NCBI GenBank assembly: GCA_002269645.1
Contig: NIVC01003078.1
Coordinates: 57,126-121,125, forward strand
Length of the DNA: 64,000 nt
DNA from: Macrostomum lignano
Taxonomy: Eukaryota
Direction: 5' to 3'
Shown one piece after another: positions 1-44,119 of the stretch. The first letter of the stretch is position 1, and every line of letters begins with the position of its first letter. A program made the translations under genes and the position numbers. The notes below the pieces were generated by a model. The model made no database searches and was not told where the DNA came from. It worked only from the letters and a program-made list of their open reading frames with translations.

Positions 1-2639
1 GTGCCTTCTCCTGGGTTAGAAAGCCAAAAAACCGGTCATATGACCGCCCCCACGGCAAGTGCATGGCGACCCGAAGGAACCTCCCCACCCACTAAACCCC
101 GGGTACTCTTGCCAGACAGTCTCTCATCTTTGAAGCGGCGGAGGGCTATTCGCCAGGACTGTTTCACCATTTGCTTCGCCAACCCGCCATTTTAATAGTG
201 GCCATGTCAATTCGGCCCCGTCCTGCTCAGACTCAGTCCTGGTTTTGGCACACTCCAGCTTTAATAGAATCGCTGGTCTGTTCACCAGAGGACACTCCAA
301 GGGAGACCGTGAGAGCATCAACTGGAACAGGTATAGGCCTGCCTTCCTATACAGCTACCCACAGCCACAGCCCCCTCCTGATCTACCCTCTAACCCAGCC
401 TACTAACTCATTACAAGCTTTCAGCCAGGCAGAGACAAGTGTCACAGGGGTACTGCGGTTCGGCGTCTCTATGCGAGACAAAACCAACTACCCAAGTCCG
501 GACTAGCTAGTCTGGACTAGGCTTTATACATACGGCGCGGCCCAATGTATTTTACAAGTATTAAAGAGTCTGTAGACTCTTTAGGATACACATAATTAAA
601 GGTAAACAAACCACTTAGAACAGCAAAACTATAAATCAAATCTTTCAATTTCAACTGAATTAGTCACTTATAGTTCTACTATTTTTTTCTTTTACGATCA
701 TATTTGATTTACTGATGTAACTATTTTATTATCGCTTTTAACTTTTTTGTCTTGCCTTTATCATCGACGCGCGTTTACTGAAACATCCCTGATTATTTGT
801 GTTTTGTTGTTTCGCCTATTGTTTGTAACTTTGTACTGGGGCAAGGCCAGCTATCCCTAGCTGGCCAACTCACTAACTAACTAAGCCGAAAAAATTGCTG
901 TTTGTCTAGACAGATATATAGGTTTGAGTAATTAGTTGTTGGCTTGTTTTTAGTCGTGAAGTTTTCACTACTGTGGTTCTGGCGTGTGTGTAGATCATTT
1001 CTTTTTTACACTAATTTGTTTCTTGATTCTAAGCCTGCATTATTATATAAAATGTTTTTGAACAACACATTTTACTCGTACATCGCATAAAATTGTATCA
1101 AGATTAAAGAGGCAGTAAAAAGTTGTAAAAAGTATGCAGAATAGGCCTATGCCATGCCATCGATAGTATAATTTTTTTAATTTTTTTTTGCCTACAGCAA
1201 AATAATATTTTGGAATAGAAGGCATATTTTAAACTAGAAATAGATGTTTTTTATCATCTTTTATTTGTTTTAGGTCTACATAATAAGAAACTTAAATTAT
1301 ATATAATAAACAAACTTAATAAAAGGTTATTTTTAAATTATAATCTGCCAAATTATTTATTAACTATTGATTAAGTCCAGGAGGGCCTCCATTATAATGT
1401 CTCATTTCAGAATAATGGAAATTAAAAATAATATGTTTTTATTTCAAAAATCAGATTAGGCCTAACTTTTGTTGGATCTATATATGTTAATTAATATAGC
1501 AATCAGAGATTATATTGAGTCTGCTAAACAAACTTGTTTTACTATAATAACTTAAGACATTGTATTGTAATAATAGGAAAGTCACCATATCTATTATGTG
1601 TACCAACTAACTTTTGCCAACCTGGCTAAAATCTAAAATTTATACTAGAAATTTTTAGTGTATGTTGCATGATCTCTAATGTAGGCTAGAGACAACAAAT
1701 TAACAAACAACATATTTTCATTTAGGTCTATTGTAAAAACTTATTATATCCAATCTGTTATATTTATACTTATTTAATGCTATATGCATAATATAAACCA
1801 AGTTCTTAAATCACCAAGGCTTTATAAGCAATTTTAATTAATTAATTTATTATTGCAATCATTATATTAAAGAAAATATTAACATATCTAACTTAATAAC
1901 ATATTATTGACAATTTTTTGACAAAAGTTTAGACAATTTTAGAAATATTATATAAAATAAGAAATATAATAATAAAAGTATAAGACCCATTTGTGTATTT
2001 TTTAGTTAAAGATTAGTAATTAAGCCTTTAAGTGATATTAGTAAAATAAGTTTTTAGTTTTTAAAATAAATTTTATTAAAGCATCAACAGCTAATATTAG
2101 CCAAAGATAAGGGTAACAAGGCTAGTAGTTTAGCACATTTGCTACTAAGTTAAGCTAGTAGCAAATGAGTTGGTTAGGTTAGTATATAGCTAAATGGGCT
2201 ACTTGTGCAAATTACCCAACAGTAGTGAAATATGGCTTGCATAAGAGTTTAAACAAGGAAGTTGTCTATAGTTTGTAGAGCAAACTCAGTACAATTCAGC
2301 CCATTCATATACTAAATTGTTTGTCTGAAATATGTCTAGAGTCAGATTTTTACTATAGAGCCTTGGGGATTAGTCCTCAATGAGTGTGAATTACATGACA
2401 AATCCCAGTCAGTTTTTATGGATAAACACCAATATAGGCTGCTCTGCCTCTGGAAATCCCTTCTTGGCATTGTTGTGTCATGACTTATTTCGTGGGGGCT
2501 GCAATGGTGAGGGTTGGCAAGTGAGTAGGCTGCGTATTAGTACTCTCGTATCATCTCTAGTTAGCACAGTACATCCATTGAAGTAGAAACCTTGTTTTTA
2601 ATTTGTATTTAATGTGTAAAATGGAGTTGCAGACTTGCA

Positions 2640-2884
2640 TAATAATAATGAGAATTGATTACACCTGCATCAACTGGGCTGTTCAGTCCAAGGACTAGGG
2701 GAGGGGGTTGCCACACACACCCTCAATTACCCCAGCTAATGCTGGCACCCATTTTACAGCTGGGTGAACTGAAGCAATGCAGAGTTAAGCGTCTTGCTCA
2801 AGGACACAAATTGTTCCAGTGGGATCGGGAATCGAACCCCCGACATTTAAGTCGTGAGTCCGACGCTCTAACCACTAGGCTAAA
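2640..2884 (-). mobile_element. tRNA-derived SINE with CORE/MIR-core-like central domain
   Basis: Minus strand: A box TAGCCTAGTGG, B box GGTTCGATTCC, then TGTGTCCTTGAGCAAGACGCTTAAC...CAGCTGTAAAATGGG (resembles the CORE consensus TGTGTGACCTTGGGCAAGTCACTTAAC...CTGTAAAATGGG) and an (ATT)n tail. Confidence 0.82.
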
Positions 2885-3026
2885 AGTAAAACTGCAGGCT
2901 TACAACTAAATACAATAGTTATGATATATGCACTTGTTTCCAAGTCTCCTTTATTGATTGCAACTCTCTCCCTCACTCTCTGTCAGCACATATTCCAGCA
3001 GTCTTAGACAAGCCTTAACTTGTTCA

Positions 3027-33065
<30,039 letters not shown>

Positions 33066-33179
33066 TTTGAAATGTGCGATCGATAAGTTTTTTTCTGGCG
33101 TTGCTGACTTTATGATTTGATTTGCTTTTAGCAAGGTGCGTGGATTATAAACTTTTTTGAAGTATTGAATTGTGCAGAG

Positions 33180-33985
33180 TCTACCCCGACTACCCAATCG
33201 TCTACGCTGACTAGCTACCCAATAGACTACTTTGACTACCCAATATTGTACTATGACTACCCAATAGTCTACCCTGACTTACCCAATAGTCTACCCTGAC
33301 TTACCCAATAGTCTACCCTGACTACCTAATAGTCTACCCTGACTACCAAATAGTCTACTTTGACTACCCAATAGTCTACTTGACTACCCAATAGTCTACC
33401 CTGACTTACCCAATAGTCTACTTGACTACCTAAAAGTCTACCCTGACTATCCAATAGTCTACTTTGACTACCCAATAGTCTACCCTGACTTACCCAATAG
33501 TCTACTTGACTACCAAATAGTCTACCCTGACTACCAAATAGTCTACTTTGACTACCCAATAGTCTACCCTGACTTACCCAATAGTCTACTTGACTACCTA
33601 ATAGTCTACCCTGACTACCAAATAGTCTACTTTGACTACCCAATAGTCTACTTGACTACCCAATAGTCTACCCTGACTTACCCAATAGTCTACTTGACTA
33701 CCTAAAAGTCTACCCTGACTATCCAATAGTCTACTTTGACTACCCAATAGTCTACCCTGACTTATCCAATAGTCTACTTGACTACCAAATAGTCTACCCT
33801 GACTACCAAATAGTCTACTTTGACTACCCAATAGTCTACTTGACTACCTAATAGTCTACCCTGACTACCCAATAGTCTACTTGACTACCTAAAAGTCTAC
33901 CCTGACTATCCAATAGTCTACTTTGACTACCCAATAGTCTACCCTGACTACCCAATAGTTTACCCTGACTACCCAATAGTCTACT
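33180..33985. repeat. 20-22-bp minisatellite CTACCCAATAGTCTACCCTGA downstream of the CAPS stop
   Basis: Tandem units with an internal ~272-bp duplication. Confidence 0.93.
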
Positions 33986-35044
33986 GGGAAGTTGTCTAAT
34001 GCCTTCTAAAATTAAGATGCTCTCAACAAATGCTACTCCAGCTCTACAATTATCACTTCACTATCCAATCCAATCTTTGACTTTATTTGATTAAACTATT
34101 TTTTTGCGCCTACAATTTTTTTTGTTTGTTTTTCGATTTCTTCAATCTTAACAAAGCAATGCGGCCTATTGACATGTTTTTACCCTCTACATAACATAGC
34201 ATAGCTGATTTGGTAAGCTGGGGAAAGTATTTTCTCATGTTACCATGCAATACACTTCAAAATGTAGTTATCGCTCAGTTACATTGTGTTGTGACTCAAA
34301 CTTCGGAATTTTTTCTATTGTAGCTCGTAGTTCGAGTTTTTTGTGCAATTTTGTGTCTGACACGGGTGAATTTTGATTTATGATTATTTTTGCTGGATCT
34401 TTGTTCATTTTTTGAGCAACTGTTGCGTTTTCTAAGAAATGAAAGATTCGCTTTTGAGCAGCTCTGAATGTGGTGTAACAAAAGTATGTTGCTTGCATTC
34501 CCACCATGCTACTGACAGTTTGCCATTTCACAAGTAGCATGATAAGGATATTGATACATTCAACTTTATTCAGTTTCAATTTCGCTTTTACAGTTTCAAT
34601 AGAATTCCAATCGAGTTCTGCTACTATCAAGTAGCTGTTTGCAAATATCTACGTTGCAATAAAATATTCTAATTTGCCAGTGGGTTTTTTAATTCCTTGA
34701 GAATTGAAAGATTTATTTTTTGTTGTGGCTATCAATGTGAGTATTGTATTATTGCTGTTGTCATTTTGTTTAACCGTATTAAAAAGTGGCTGATTTGAAT
34801 TTAGTTAAGTTATATTTTTGTCTGTGTTTTTTTACTGTTTTTTGGCAATAATATTACATGGTACAGTGATACATATAGAGCTGATAGTAGTAACATGAGT
34901 CCGTTTTTTGCATAAATTATATTGCTGCTGGCACTGCTCGAATATTTTATAGTATCGTGTCTTTTTGCTTTTTCTTGAATCTTTGGAGCTAAATTCAACT
35001 TAGAGAATGTTTTTAAGGTACGAGGTATAGGGTCAAGCTGTTAG

Positions 35045-37345
35045 ATATGACGCCAAGTTGTTATGGGTGTTGAAACTAAACAGGGTGTTAGACACGACGC
35101 TAAACAGCGTGTTAAACACGACACTAAAAAGGTGTTAGACACGGTGTTAATATGCGTTAGGCACGACGCTAAACAGGGTGTTAGACACGACGCTAAACAG
35201 GGTGTTAGACACGACACTAAACAGGGTGTTAGACACGGTGTTATTATGTGTTAGACACGACGCTAAACAGGGTGTTAGACACGGCATTAAACAGGGTGTT
35301 AGACACGACGCTAAACAGGGTGTTAGACACGACGCTAAACAGGATGTTAGACACGGAGCTAAACAGGGTCTTAGACACGACACTAAACAGGATGTTAGAC
35401 ACGGAGCTAAACAGGGTGTTAGACACGACGCTAAACAGGGTGTTAGACACGACGCTAAACAGGGTGTTAGACACGGTTTTGAATATGTGTTAGACACTAC
35501 GCTAAACAGGGTGTTAGACAGGGCACTAAACAGGGTGTTAGACGGGGTGTTAAATATGTATTAGACACGACGCTAAACAGGGTGTTAGATACGGTGCTAA
35601 ACAGGGTGTTAGGCACTGCACTAAACAAGGTGTTAGACACGGTGTTAATATGAGTTAGACACGACGCTAAACAGGGTGTTAGACACGTCACTAAACAGTG
35701 TGTTAGACAAGGCACTAAACAGGGTGTTAGGCACGGCACTAAACAGGGTGTTAGAAACGGCACTAAGCAGGGTGTTAGACACGACGCTAAACAGGGTGTT
35801 AGACACGACGCTAAACAGGGTGTTAGACACGGCACTGAAAGTTGTTAGACACGACGCTAAACAGGGTGTTAGATACGGTGCTAAACAGGGTGTTAGGCAC
35901 TGCACTAAACAAGGTGTTAGACACGGTGTTAATATGAGTTAGACACGACGCTAAACAGGGTGTTAGACACGTCACTAAACAGTGTGTTAGACAAGGCACT
36001 AAACAGGGTGTTAGGCACGGCACTAAACAGGGTGTTAGAAACGGCACTAAGCAGGGTGTTAGACACGACGCTAAACAGGGTGTTAGACACGACGCTAAAC
36101 AGGGTGTTAGACACGGCACTGAAAGGTGTTAGACACGACGCTAAACAGGGTGTTAGACACGGCACTGAAAGGTGTTAGACACGACGTTAAACAGGGTGTT
36201 AGGCACGGCACTAAACAGGGTGTTAGACGGGGTGTTAAATATGTATTAGACACGACGCTAAACAGGGTGTTAGACACGACGCTAAACAGGGTGTTAGACA
36301 CGACGCTAAGCAGGGTGTTAGACACGGTGTTAAATATGTGTTAGACACGACGCTAAACAGGGTGTTAGACACGACGCTAAGCAGGGTGTTAGACACGGCA
36401 CTAAACAGGGTGTTAGACACGACGCCAAACAGGGTGTTAGACAGGACGCTAAAAAGGGTGTTAGACACGGTGCTAAACAGGGTGTTAGGCACGGCACTAA
36501 ACATGGTGTTAGACACGGTGCTAAACAGGGTGTTAGGCACGGCACTAAACAAGGTGTTAGACACGGTGTTAATATAAGTTAGACACGACGCTAAACAGGG
36601 TGTTAGGCACGGCACTAAACAGGGTGTTAGACGGGGTGTTAAATATGTATTAGACGCGACGCTAAACAGGGTGTTAGACACGACGCTAAACAGGGTGTTA
36701 GACACGACGCTAAGCAGGGTGTTAGACACGGTGTTAAATATGTGTTAGACACGGCACTAAACAGGGTGTTAGACACGACGCTAAGTAAGGTGTTAGACAC
36801 GACGCTAAACAGGGTGTTAGAAACGGCACTAAACAGTGTGTTAGACACGGCACTAAACAGTGTGTTAGACACGGCACTAAACAGGGTGTTAGGCACGGCA
36901 CTAAACAGGGTGTTAGAAACGGACTAAACAGGGTGTTAGACACGACGCTAAACAGGATGTTAGACACGACGCTAAACAGGGTGTTAGACACAGGGTGCTA
37001 AACAGTGTGTTAGACACGGCACTAAACAGTGTGTTAGACACGGCACTAAACAGGGTGTTAGGCACGGCACTAAACAGGGTGTTAGAAACGGCACTAAGCA
37101 GGGTGTTAGACACGACGCTAAACAGGGTGTTAGACACGACGCTAAGCAGGGTGTTAGACACGGCACTAAACAGGGTGTTAGAGACGGTGTTAAATATGTG
37201 TTGGACACGGCACTAAACAGGGTGTTAGACACGACGCTAAAAAGGTGTTAGACACGACGCTAAACAGGGTGTTAGACACAGGGTGCTAAACAGGCTCTTA
37301 GACACGACAGTTAACGCGGCGCAAAACAGATGTTAGACACAGCAT
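35045..37345. repeat. 24-bp minisatellite TTAGACACGACGCTAAACAGGGTG
   Basis: About 95 units; 284-bp higher-order repeat (AATATGAGTTAG recurs 284 bp apart). Confidence 0.95.
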
Positions 37346-37789
37346 ATTAGCTTTATTTAGCGCCATCAGGCTTTACACACAGTTATATTTTCTGTTTTTA
37401 TATGAAATTAATACTAGTACATACTGCTCTTCAAAGGCATTCATACTATAATTTCTGAATGAGTCAGTTCGTTCCCTGTTAAAATATTTCTCGTAGAAGC
37501 GACACAATCAGACGCCACTGCAGTTTGGTGCTACTTTGAACACCAACCAGCATTTTATGTAGCGGAATCTTGCATGCACTGCGCTAGGCTCAAGCTGAAG
37601 AGACTCTCTCATTTTTCCATGCGATTCGTCTTTTAACTGGGAATGAGAGAAATAGTTCTAGCGATGATTCTATAAAGAAAAATATTGTAACAGTATCTGT
37701 CCTCTGCACCGAAGTTCGGGAGGAAAGCGCTTGTGTTTTATTTCAGAAGACTACTATGAGATAAAGAAGGAAAGAAGGACAGGCACTCG

Positions 37790-37890
37790 GGACTGACACT
37801 AAGACTGACACTTAGTGCTGACACTAAGACTGACACTTAGGGCTTACACTAAGACTGACACTTAGTGCTGACACTAAGACTGACACTGAA
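37790..37890. repeat. 25-bp repeat ACACTAAGACTGACACTTAGTGCTG x4
   Basis: Abuts the foldback element. Confidence 0.8.
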
Positions 37891-37893
37891 ACA

Positions 37894-38302
37894 AGTATTG
37901 GTTTTGTCAGCCTAACTGAGAATAAAGCCATCCAAAGTGAGAATCCTGCCTACGCTGACTGCGAAGGGCCTGGCTGCGTGCAGCCTTAGTCTATGGGCCA
38001 TAGACTATAAAGGACAAGCAAAGTGATAAAAAGCCATCCAATGTGAGAATCCTGCCTACGCTGAATACGAAGGGCCTAGCTGCGTCCAGCCTAGTCTATG
38101 AGCCATAGACTATAAAGGACAAGCAAAGTTTTAAAAGACCAATCGATTCTCACATTGGATGGCTTTTTATCACTTTGCTTGTCCTTTATTGTCTATGGCC
38201 CATAGACTAAGGCTGCACGCAGCCAGGCCCTTCGCCGTAAGCGTAGGCAGGATTCTCACTTTGGATGGCTTTGTTCTCAGTTGGGCTGACAAAACCAATA
38301 CT
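37894..38302. mobile_element. Foldback/MITE-like long inverted repeat
   Basis: 158-bp arms 37894-38051 and 38145-38302 are near-perfect reverse complements; the spacer is a direct copy of part of the arm (about 106-bp unit). Confidence 0.72.
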
Positions 38303-38641
38303 AAAACAGAGTACAGACACTACATACAGACACTGCAGACAGTCACTAAAGAAAGACACTAAGACTGTCAGTAAGACACACCGAGACAGACACTAGGACA
38401 GACGCTACAGACAGACACTGAAACAAACCCTACAGACGGATACAAAGACAGACACTGAGACAGACCGACACAGACAGACACTGAGACAGACCCTACAGAC
38501 AGACCCTACAGCAGACCCTACAGACAGACACTACAGACAGAAACATTTGTTGAAAATATTGCATGCTACCCGGCCTGCTTGTTAGCAGCATGCAGGCGCT
38601 GAGGCTGAAGTGTGTTAACCGAAGCGCAACTAAGAAGGATC

Positions 38642-38672
<31 letters not shown>

Positions 38673-38997
38673 CAGGGCCGCAGCAACCAACCGATGAACC
38701 AACATGCAGAGCCAAGCCTGCAGCACTTCATCTTCGGACAGATTTTACCCCAGCTCTGACCCCAAGCGTACATGCAGACCATGCAGTCAACCAAAGCCAA
38801 CCACCTCAAGCTGACGGGGGTTTACCAGCTTAGTTGCGATGGCATGTTGATAAATTGATGCTGCAGCATATTTCGGTAACCAGTCAGTCAGGAAGGTGCT
38901 TTAAATTCCTTAGCATTTTGCCGCACCCTCAGTCGGATTCAAGTTGAATTTGTGAAAGGAAATCAATTCAAATAATTATTCTTGTTTTGAAACTGAG

Positions 38998-41900
38998 ATG
39001 GCCCAGCATCAACAGCATCAGCATCAGCAGCCGGCCCCGCCTCCGCCTCCACCAATTAGGACTACGGCGGAGCTGCAGCATCATAAGTGAGTTTTTGGGT
39101 AGACATACGATGGATCTGCTTTTATGGTGCGAAGTTTTTAGCTGTCTCGTTTTAATATCTATAATTTTACTTGTACATCAAGGTTTTTATCTTCATGGCA
39201 ATCTCTGCCTACTCTCCTCTCTCCTCTGCCTACTCTCCTCTCTCCTCTGCTTACTCTCTTCTGTCCCCTCCCTACTCTCCGCTGTCCCCTCCCTACTCTC
39301 CTCTGTCCTCTGCCTACTCTCCTCTCTCCTCTGCTTACTCTCCTCTGTCCCCTCCCTACTCTCCTCTGTCCTCTGCCTACTCTCCTCTGTCCTCTGCCTA
39401 CTCTCCTCTCTCCTCTGCCTACTCTCCTCTGTCCCCTCCCTACTCTCCGCTGTCCCCTCCCTACTCTCCTCTGTCCTCTGCCTACTCTCCTCTCTCCTCT
39501 GCTTACTCTCCTCTGTCCCCTCCCTACTCTCCTCTGTCCTCTGCCTACTCTCATCTGTCCTCTGCCTACTCTCCTCTCTCCTCTGCCTACTCTCCTCTGT
39601 CCCCTCCCCACTCCCCGCTGTCCCCTCCCTACTCTCCTCTGTCCCCTCCCTACTCTCCACTGTCCCCTCCCTACTCTCCTCTGTCCCCTCCCTACTCTCC
39701 GCTGTCCTCTGCCTACTCTCCTCTGTCCTCTGCCTACTCTCATCTGTCCTCTCCCTACTCTCCTCCGTCCTCTCCCTACTCTTCTCTCTCGTGTCCTAAC
39801 TCTCCTCTCCTCTGCCCTATCTCCTCTCTCCTCTCTCCTCTGCCTACTCTCATCTCATCTCTCCTCCCTTCTCTCTTCCCTCTCCGCTCTCCCCTCTCCT
39901 TTCACCCCACACCTCTCTCCTCTCATCTCTCTCTCTCTTTTCTTCTCTCTTACTTTCTCCTCCCTTCTCTCCTCTCTATCTTTTCGTCTCGTCTCTTATT
40001 CCCTATCACATTTTCACCTGTTTACACCTGTTATTCAAAATGACCTGGAACATTGCCAAACAATCTTTGACTAATATTTCAATTATAAAAGCTCGTGTGC
40101 TATGATTTGGTACATTAACTTTAACCATATTTTTATTGGCAAGGCCGCACAATCATTTAATCAAGCGATGAATATATAGATAATTCTGTAGGTGTAAACA
40201 CAGCTTGCATGAAGTGTCAATGCAGTATACCTACAGGGTAATAAAACCTTTAACCTTAATAATATCGTTGGGCTTATATTTTGATATATTTTATTGCTAT
40301 ATTTAGCGGTTTTAAGGAACTTCGGGTTTCCAGGGAATTTCGTGTTTCCAGGGAAACTGCACGCGGGTCTAAGAATAGTCGGAACAACAAATAAATATAA
40401 TCAAGTATTTTTGAATTAAACAATATTTGCTTTGTTAAGATGCAAGTTTTAAAAAGCCTGCATAAAAACATTCTAGATTTTTAAGAATCTTTGAGTAAAA
40501 TTTCACTGAAGCCTTTAAAAGCTTATCTAGCTTAGCAATGCTTGAGCTCTTTATTCCCTGTGCTTCAACTTGTTTCAATATCAGCTCAACTATATCAAGT
40601 CTATTTAAAAGTATATTTTGCAAACCATTGAGCAATCGATCGGTGACAATGCCCTGCTCAGTACGTACGGAGTTTATTGATTGATTTGACCCCAGAACAG
40701 GTGGCACCAAATGCATTTTTTTAAACGCGTGGGTGCTTTAAAGCTATTATACTAGTATTTTCATTTTTCGCTTTAGTTTCAGCATTGGATTGACATTTTA
40801 TTAAAGTAGTACTACTAATAGTAGCTTTAATGGACATTACCTGCATATGCATCCCGTATTTATAGTGCTCACTAATTCTATACTCAAAATTGTAAAGTAT
40901 CTAGGCGTAAAGTCCTAGAAAATTGTTTACATCTAATCGGAAATACATAAGTACATCAATCAACCAATCAAAGACGCATTATCCCCAATCGAAGACACAT
41001 TATCCCGAATCGAAGACACATAATCACCAATCAAAGACACATTATCACCAATCAAAGACGCATTATCCCCAATCAAATACACATTACTCCTAATCAAAGA
41101 CACATAATCCTCAATCAAATACACATAATCATCAATCAAATACACATAATCATCAATCAAAGACACATTATCCCCAATCAAATACACGTAATTCTCAATC
41201 AAAGACACATTATCCCCAATCAAATACACATTATCCCCAATCAAAGACACGTAATTCTCAATCAAAGACACATTATCCCCAATCGAAGACACATCATCCC
41301 CAATCGAAGACACATTATCCCCAATCAAAGACGCATTATCCCCAATCAAAGACGCATTATCCCCAATCAAATACACATTACTCCCAATCAAAGACACATA
41401 ATCCTCAATCAAATACACATAATCCTCAATCAAAGACACATTATCACCAATCAAAGACACATTATCCCCAATCAAAGACACATTATCCCCAATCAAAGAC
41501 ACATTATCCTCTATCAAATACACATTATCCCCAATCAAAGACACACTATCCTCTATCAAATACACATTATCCCCAATCAAAGACACATTATCTCCAATCA
41601 AAGACACATTATCCCCAATCAAAGACGCATTATCCCCAATCAAATACACATTACTCCCAATCAAAGACACATAATCCTCAATCAAATACACATAATCCTC
41701 AATCAAAGACACATTATCACCAATCAAAGACACATTATCCCCAATCAAAGACACATTATCCCCAATCAAAGACACATTATCCTCTATCAAATACACATTA
41801 TCCCCAATCAAAGACACATTATCACCAATCAAAGACACATTATCACCAATCAAAGACACATTATCCCCAATCAAATACACATAATCCTCAATCAAATACA

Positions 41901-44025
41901 CATAATCATCAATCAAAGACACATTATCACCAATCAAAGACACATTATCCCCAATCAAAGACACATTATCCTCTATCAAATACACATTATCCCCAATCAA
42001 AGACACATTATCACCAATCAAAGACACATTATCACCAATCAAAGACACATTATCCCCAATCAAATACACATAATCCTCAATCAAATACACATAATCATCA
42101 ATCAAAGACACATTATCACCAATCAAAGACACATTATCACCAATCAAAGACACATTATCCCCAATCAAAGACACATTATCCCCAATCAAAGACACATTAT
42201 CCTCTATCAAATACACATTATCCCCAATCAAAGACACATTATCACCAATCAAAGACACATTATCACCAATCAAAGACACATTATCCCCAATCAAAGACAC
42301 ATAATCCTCAATCAAATACACATAATCATCAATCAAAGACACATTATCACCAATCAAAGACACATTATCCCCAATCAAAGACACATTATCCCCAATCAAA
42401 GACACATTATCCTCAATCAAATACACATTATCACCAATCAAAACACATTATCCCCAATCAAAGACACATTATCCCCAATCAAATACACATTATTCCCAAT
42501 CAAAGACACGTAATTCTCAATCAAAGACCCATTATCCCCAATCAAAGACACATTATCCTCTATCAAATACACATTATCCCCAATCAAAGACACACTATCC
42601 TCTATCAAATACACATTATCCCCAATCAAAGACACATTATCTCCAATCAAAGACGCATTATCCCCAATCAAAGACGCATTATCCCCAATCAAATACACAT
42701 TACTCCCAATCAAAGACACATAATCCTCAATCAAATACACATAATCCTCAATCAAAGACACATTATCACCAATCAAAGACACATTATCCCCAATCAAAGA
42801 CACATTATCCCCAATCAAAGACACATTATCCTCTATCAAATACACATTATCCCCAATCAAAGACACACTATCCTCTATCAAATACACATTATCCCCAATC
42901 AAAGACACATTATCTCCAATCAAAGACACATTATCCCCAATCAAAGACACATTATCACCAATCAAAGACACATTATTCCCAATCAAAGACACATAATCCT
43001 CAATCAAAGACACATCCCCTAATTGAAGACACATTATCTCTCATCCAAGACACACACTATTCTGTCTGTTCTTCAGTCAAGATGTTGAGAAGCCCTCTTC
43101 AAAATGACTGCAGGCGCACAAGACTGTTATCAGACATCTTTCTCTCTATAATGTTGAAACGTGTAAGTTAATAATTAAAGTGGACAAAGTGAAGTATAGG
43201 AGCGAAAAAGAGATGGGATTCTGTTTGACTGTTAGAGATGTTGATAGGCTTCTTGAGGGGGCGAATGCTCTGGCTGGGATCACGTGATGCAAGCCCTCAT
43301 CAATTCTAAGAGCCTGAAGCTCTATGTGAGTGGGTTATTCTGCTATTTCTTGAGTAATTTCTAAATCTGCATGTCAGATAATTATTGCCTCGAATCCCTT
43401 TTAATCTCTTGCTGAGACTATCGCGTTTAGAAACTACTTCTGCCTATCATGGCGGCTTCGGATATGCCCCAACTCTGTTGGTCTATCTCTCTTGGTCTAT
43501 CTCTCTCCCTTGGCGTACCTTGCTCTCTTGGTCTATCTCTCTTGGTCTATCTCTCTTGGTCTATCTCTCTTGGTCTATCTCTCTCTTGGTCTATCTCTCC
43601 CTTGGCCTATCTCTCTCTCTTGGCCTATCTCTCTCTCTTGGCCTATCTCTCTCTCTTGGCCTATCTCTCTCTCTTGGCTTATCTCTCTCTCTTGGCCTAT
43701 CTCTCTCTCTTGGCCTATCTCTCTCTCTTGGCCTATCTCTCTCTCTTGGCTTATCTCTCTCTCTTGGCTTATCTCTCTCTCTTGGCTTATCTCTCTCTCT
43801 TGGCTTATCTCTTTCTTGGTATATATCTCTCTTGGTCTATCTCTCTCTTGGCCTATCTCTCTCTCTTGGCCTATCTCTCTCTCTTGGCCTATCTCTCTCT
43901 CTTGGCCTATCTCTCTCTCTTGGCCTATCTCTTTCTTGGTATATATCTCTCTTGGTCTATCTCTCTCTTGGCCTATCTCTCTCTCTTGGCCTATCTCTCT
44001 CTCTTGGCCTATCTCTTTCTTGGTA

Positions 44026-44119
<94 letters not shown>

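Noticed and set aside
2136-2167. 12-bp-stem hairpin CATTTGCTACTA...TAGTAGCAAATG
   Set aside because: Isolated in AT-rich DNA with no associated element or gene feature; not a bacterial-type terminator in this context.
2820-2884. Functional tRNA gene
   Set aside because: The anticodon stem does not pair, the acceptor stem is incomplete, and the sequence continues into a SINE core and tail.
34268-34998. Minus-strand ORFs as a transposase remnant
   Set aside because: AT-rich, with no recognisable catalytic or zinc-finger motif and no continuity between frames.
40435-40716. 93-aa helical-looking minus-strand ORF
   Set aside because: No recognisable motif and no convincing splice signals linking it to other exons.
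40960-43034. IGDNVSL-repeat ORFs (493 + 198 aa) resembling a beta-helix repeat protein
   Set aside because: They coincide exactly with a 21-bp array. Variants are mostly non-synonymous (S/Y, G/E, N/Y, V/A), there is a frameshift, and there is no unique N- or C-terminal domain.
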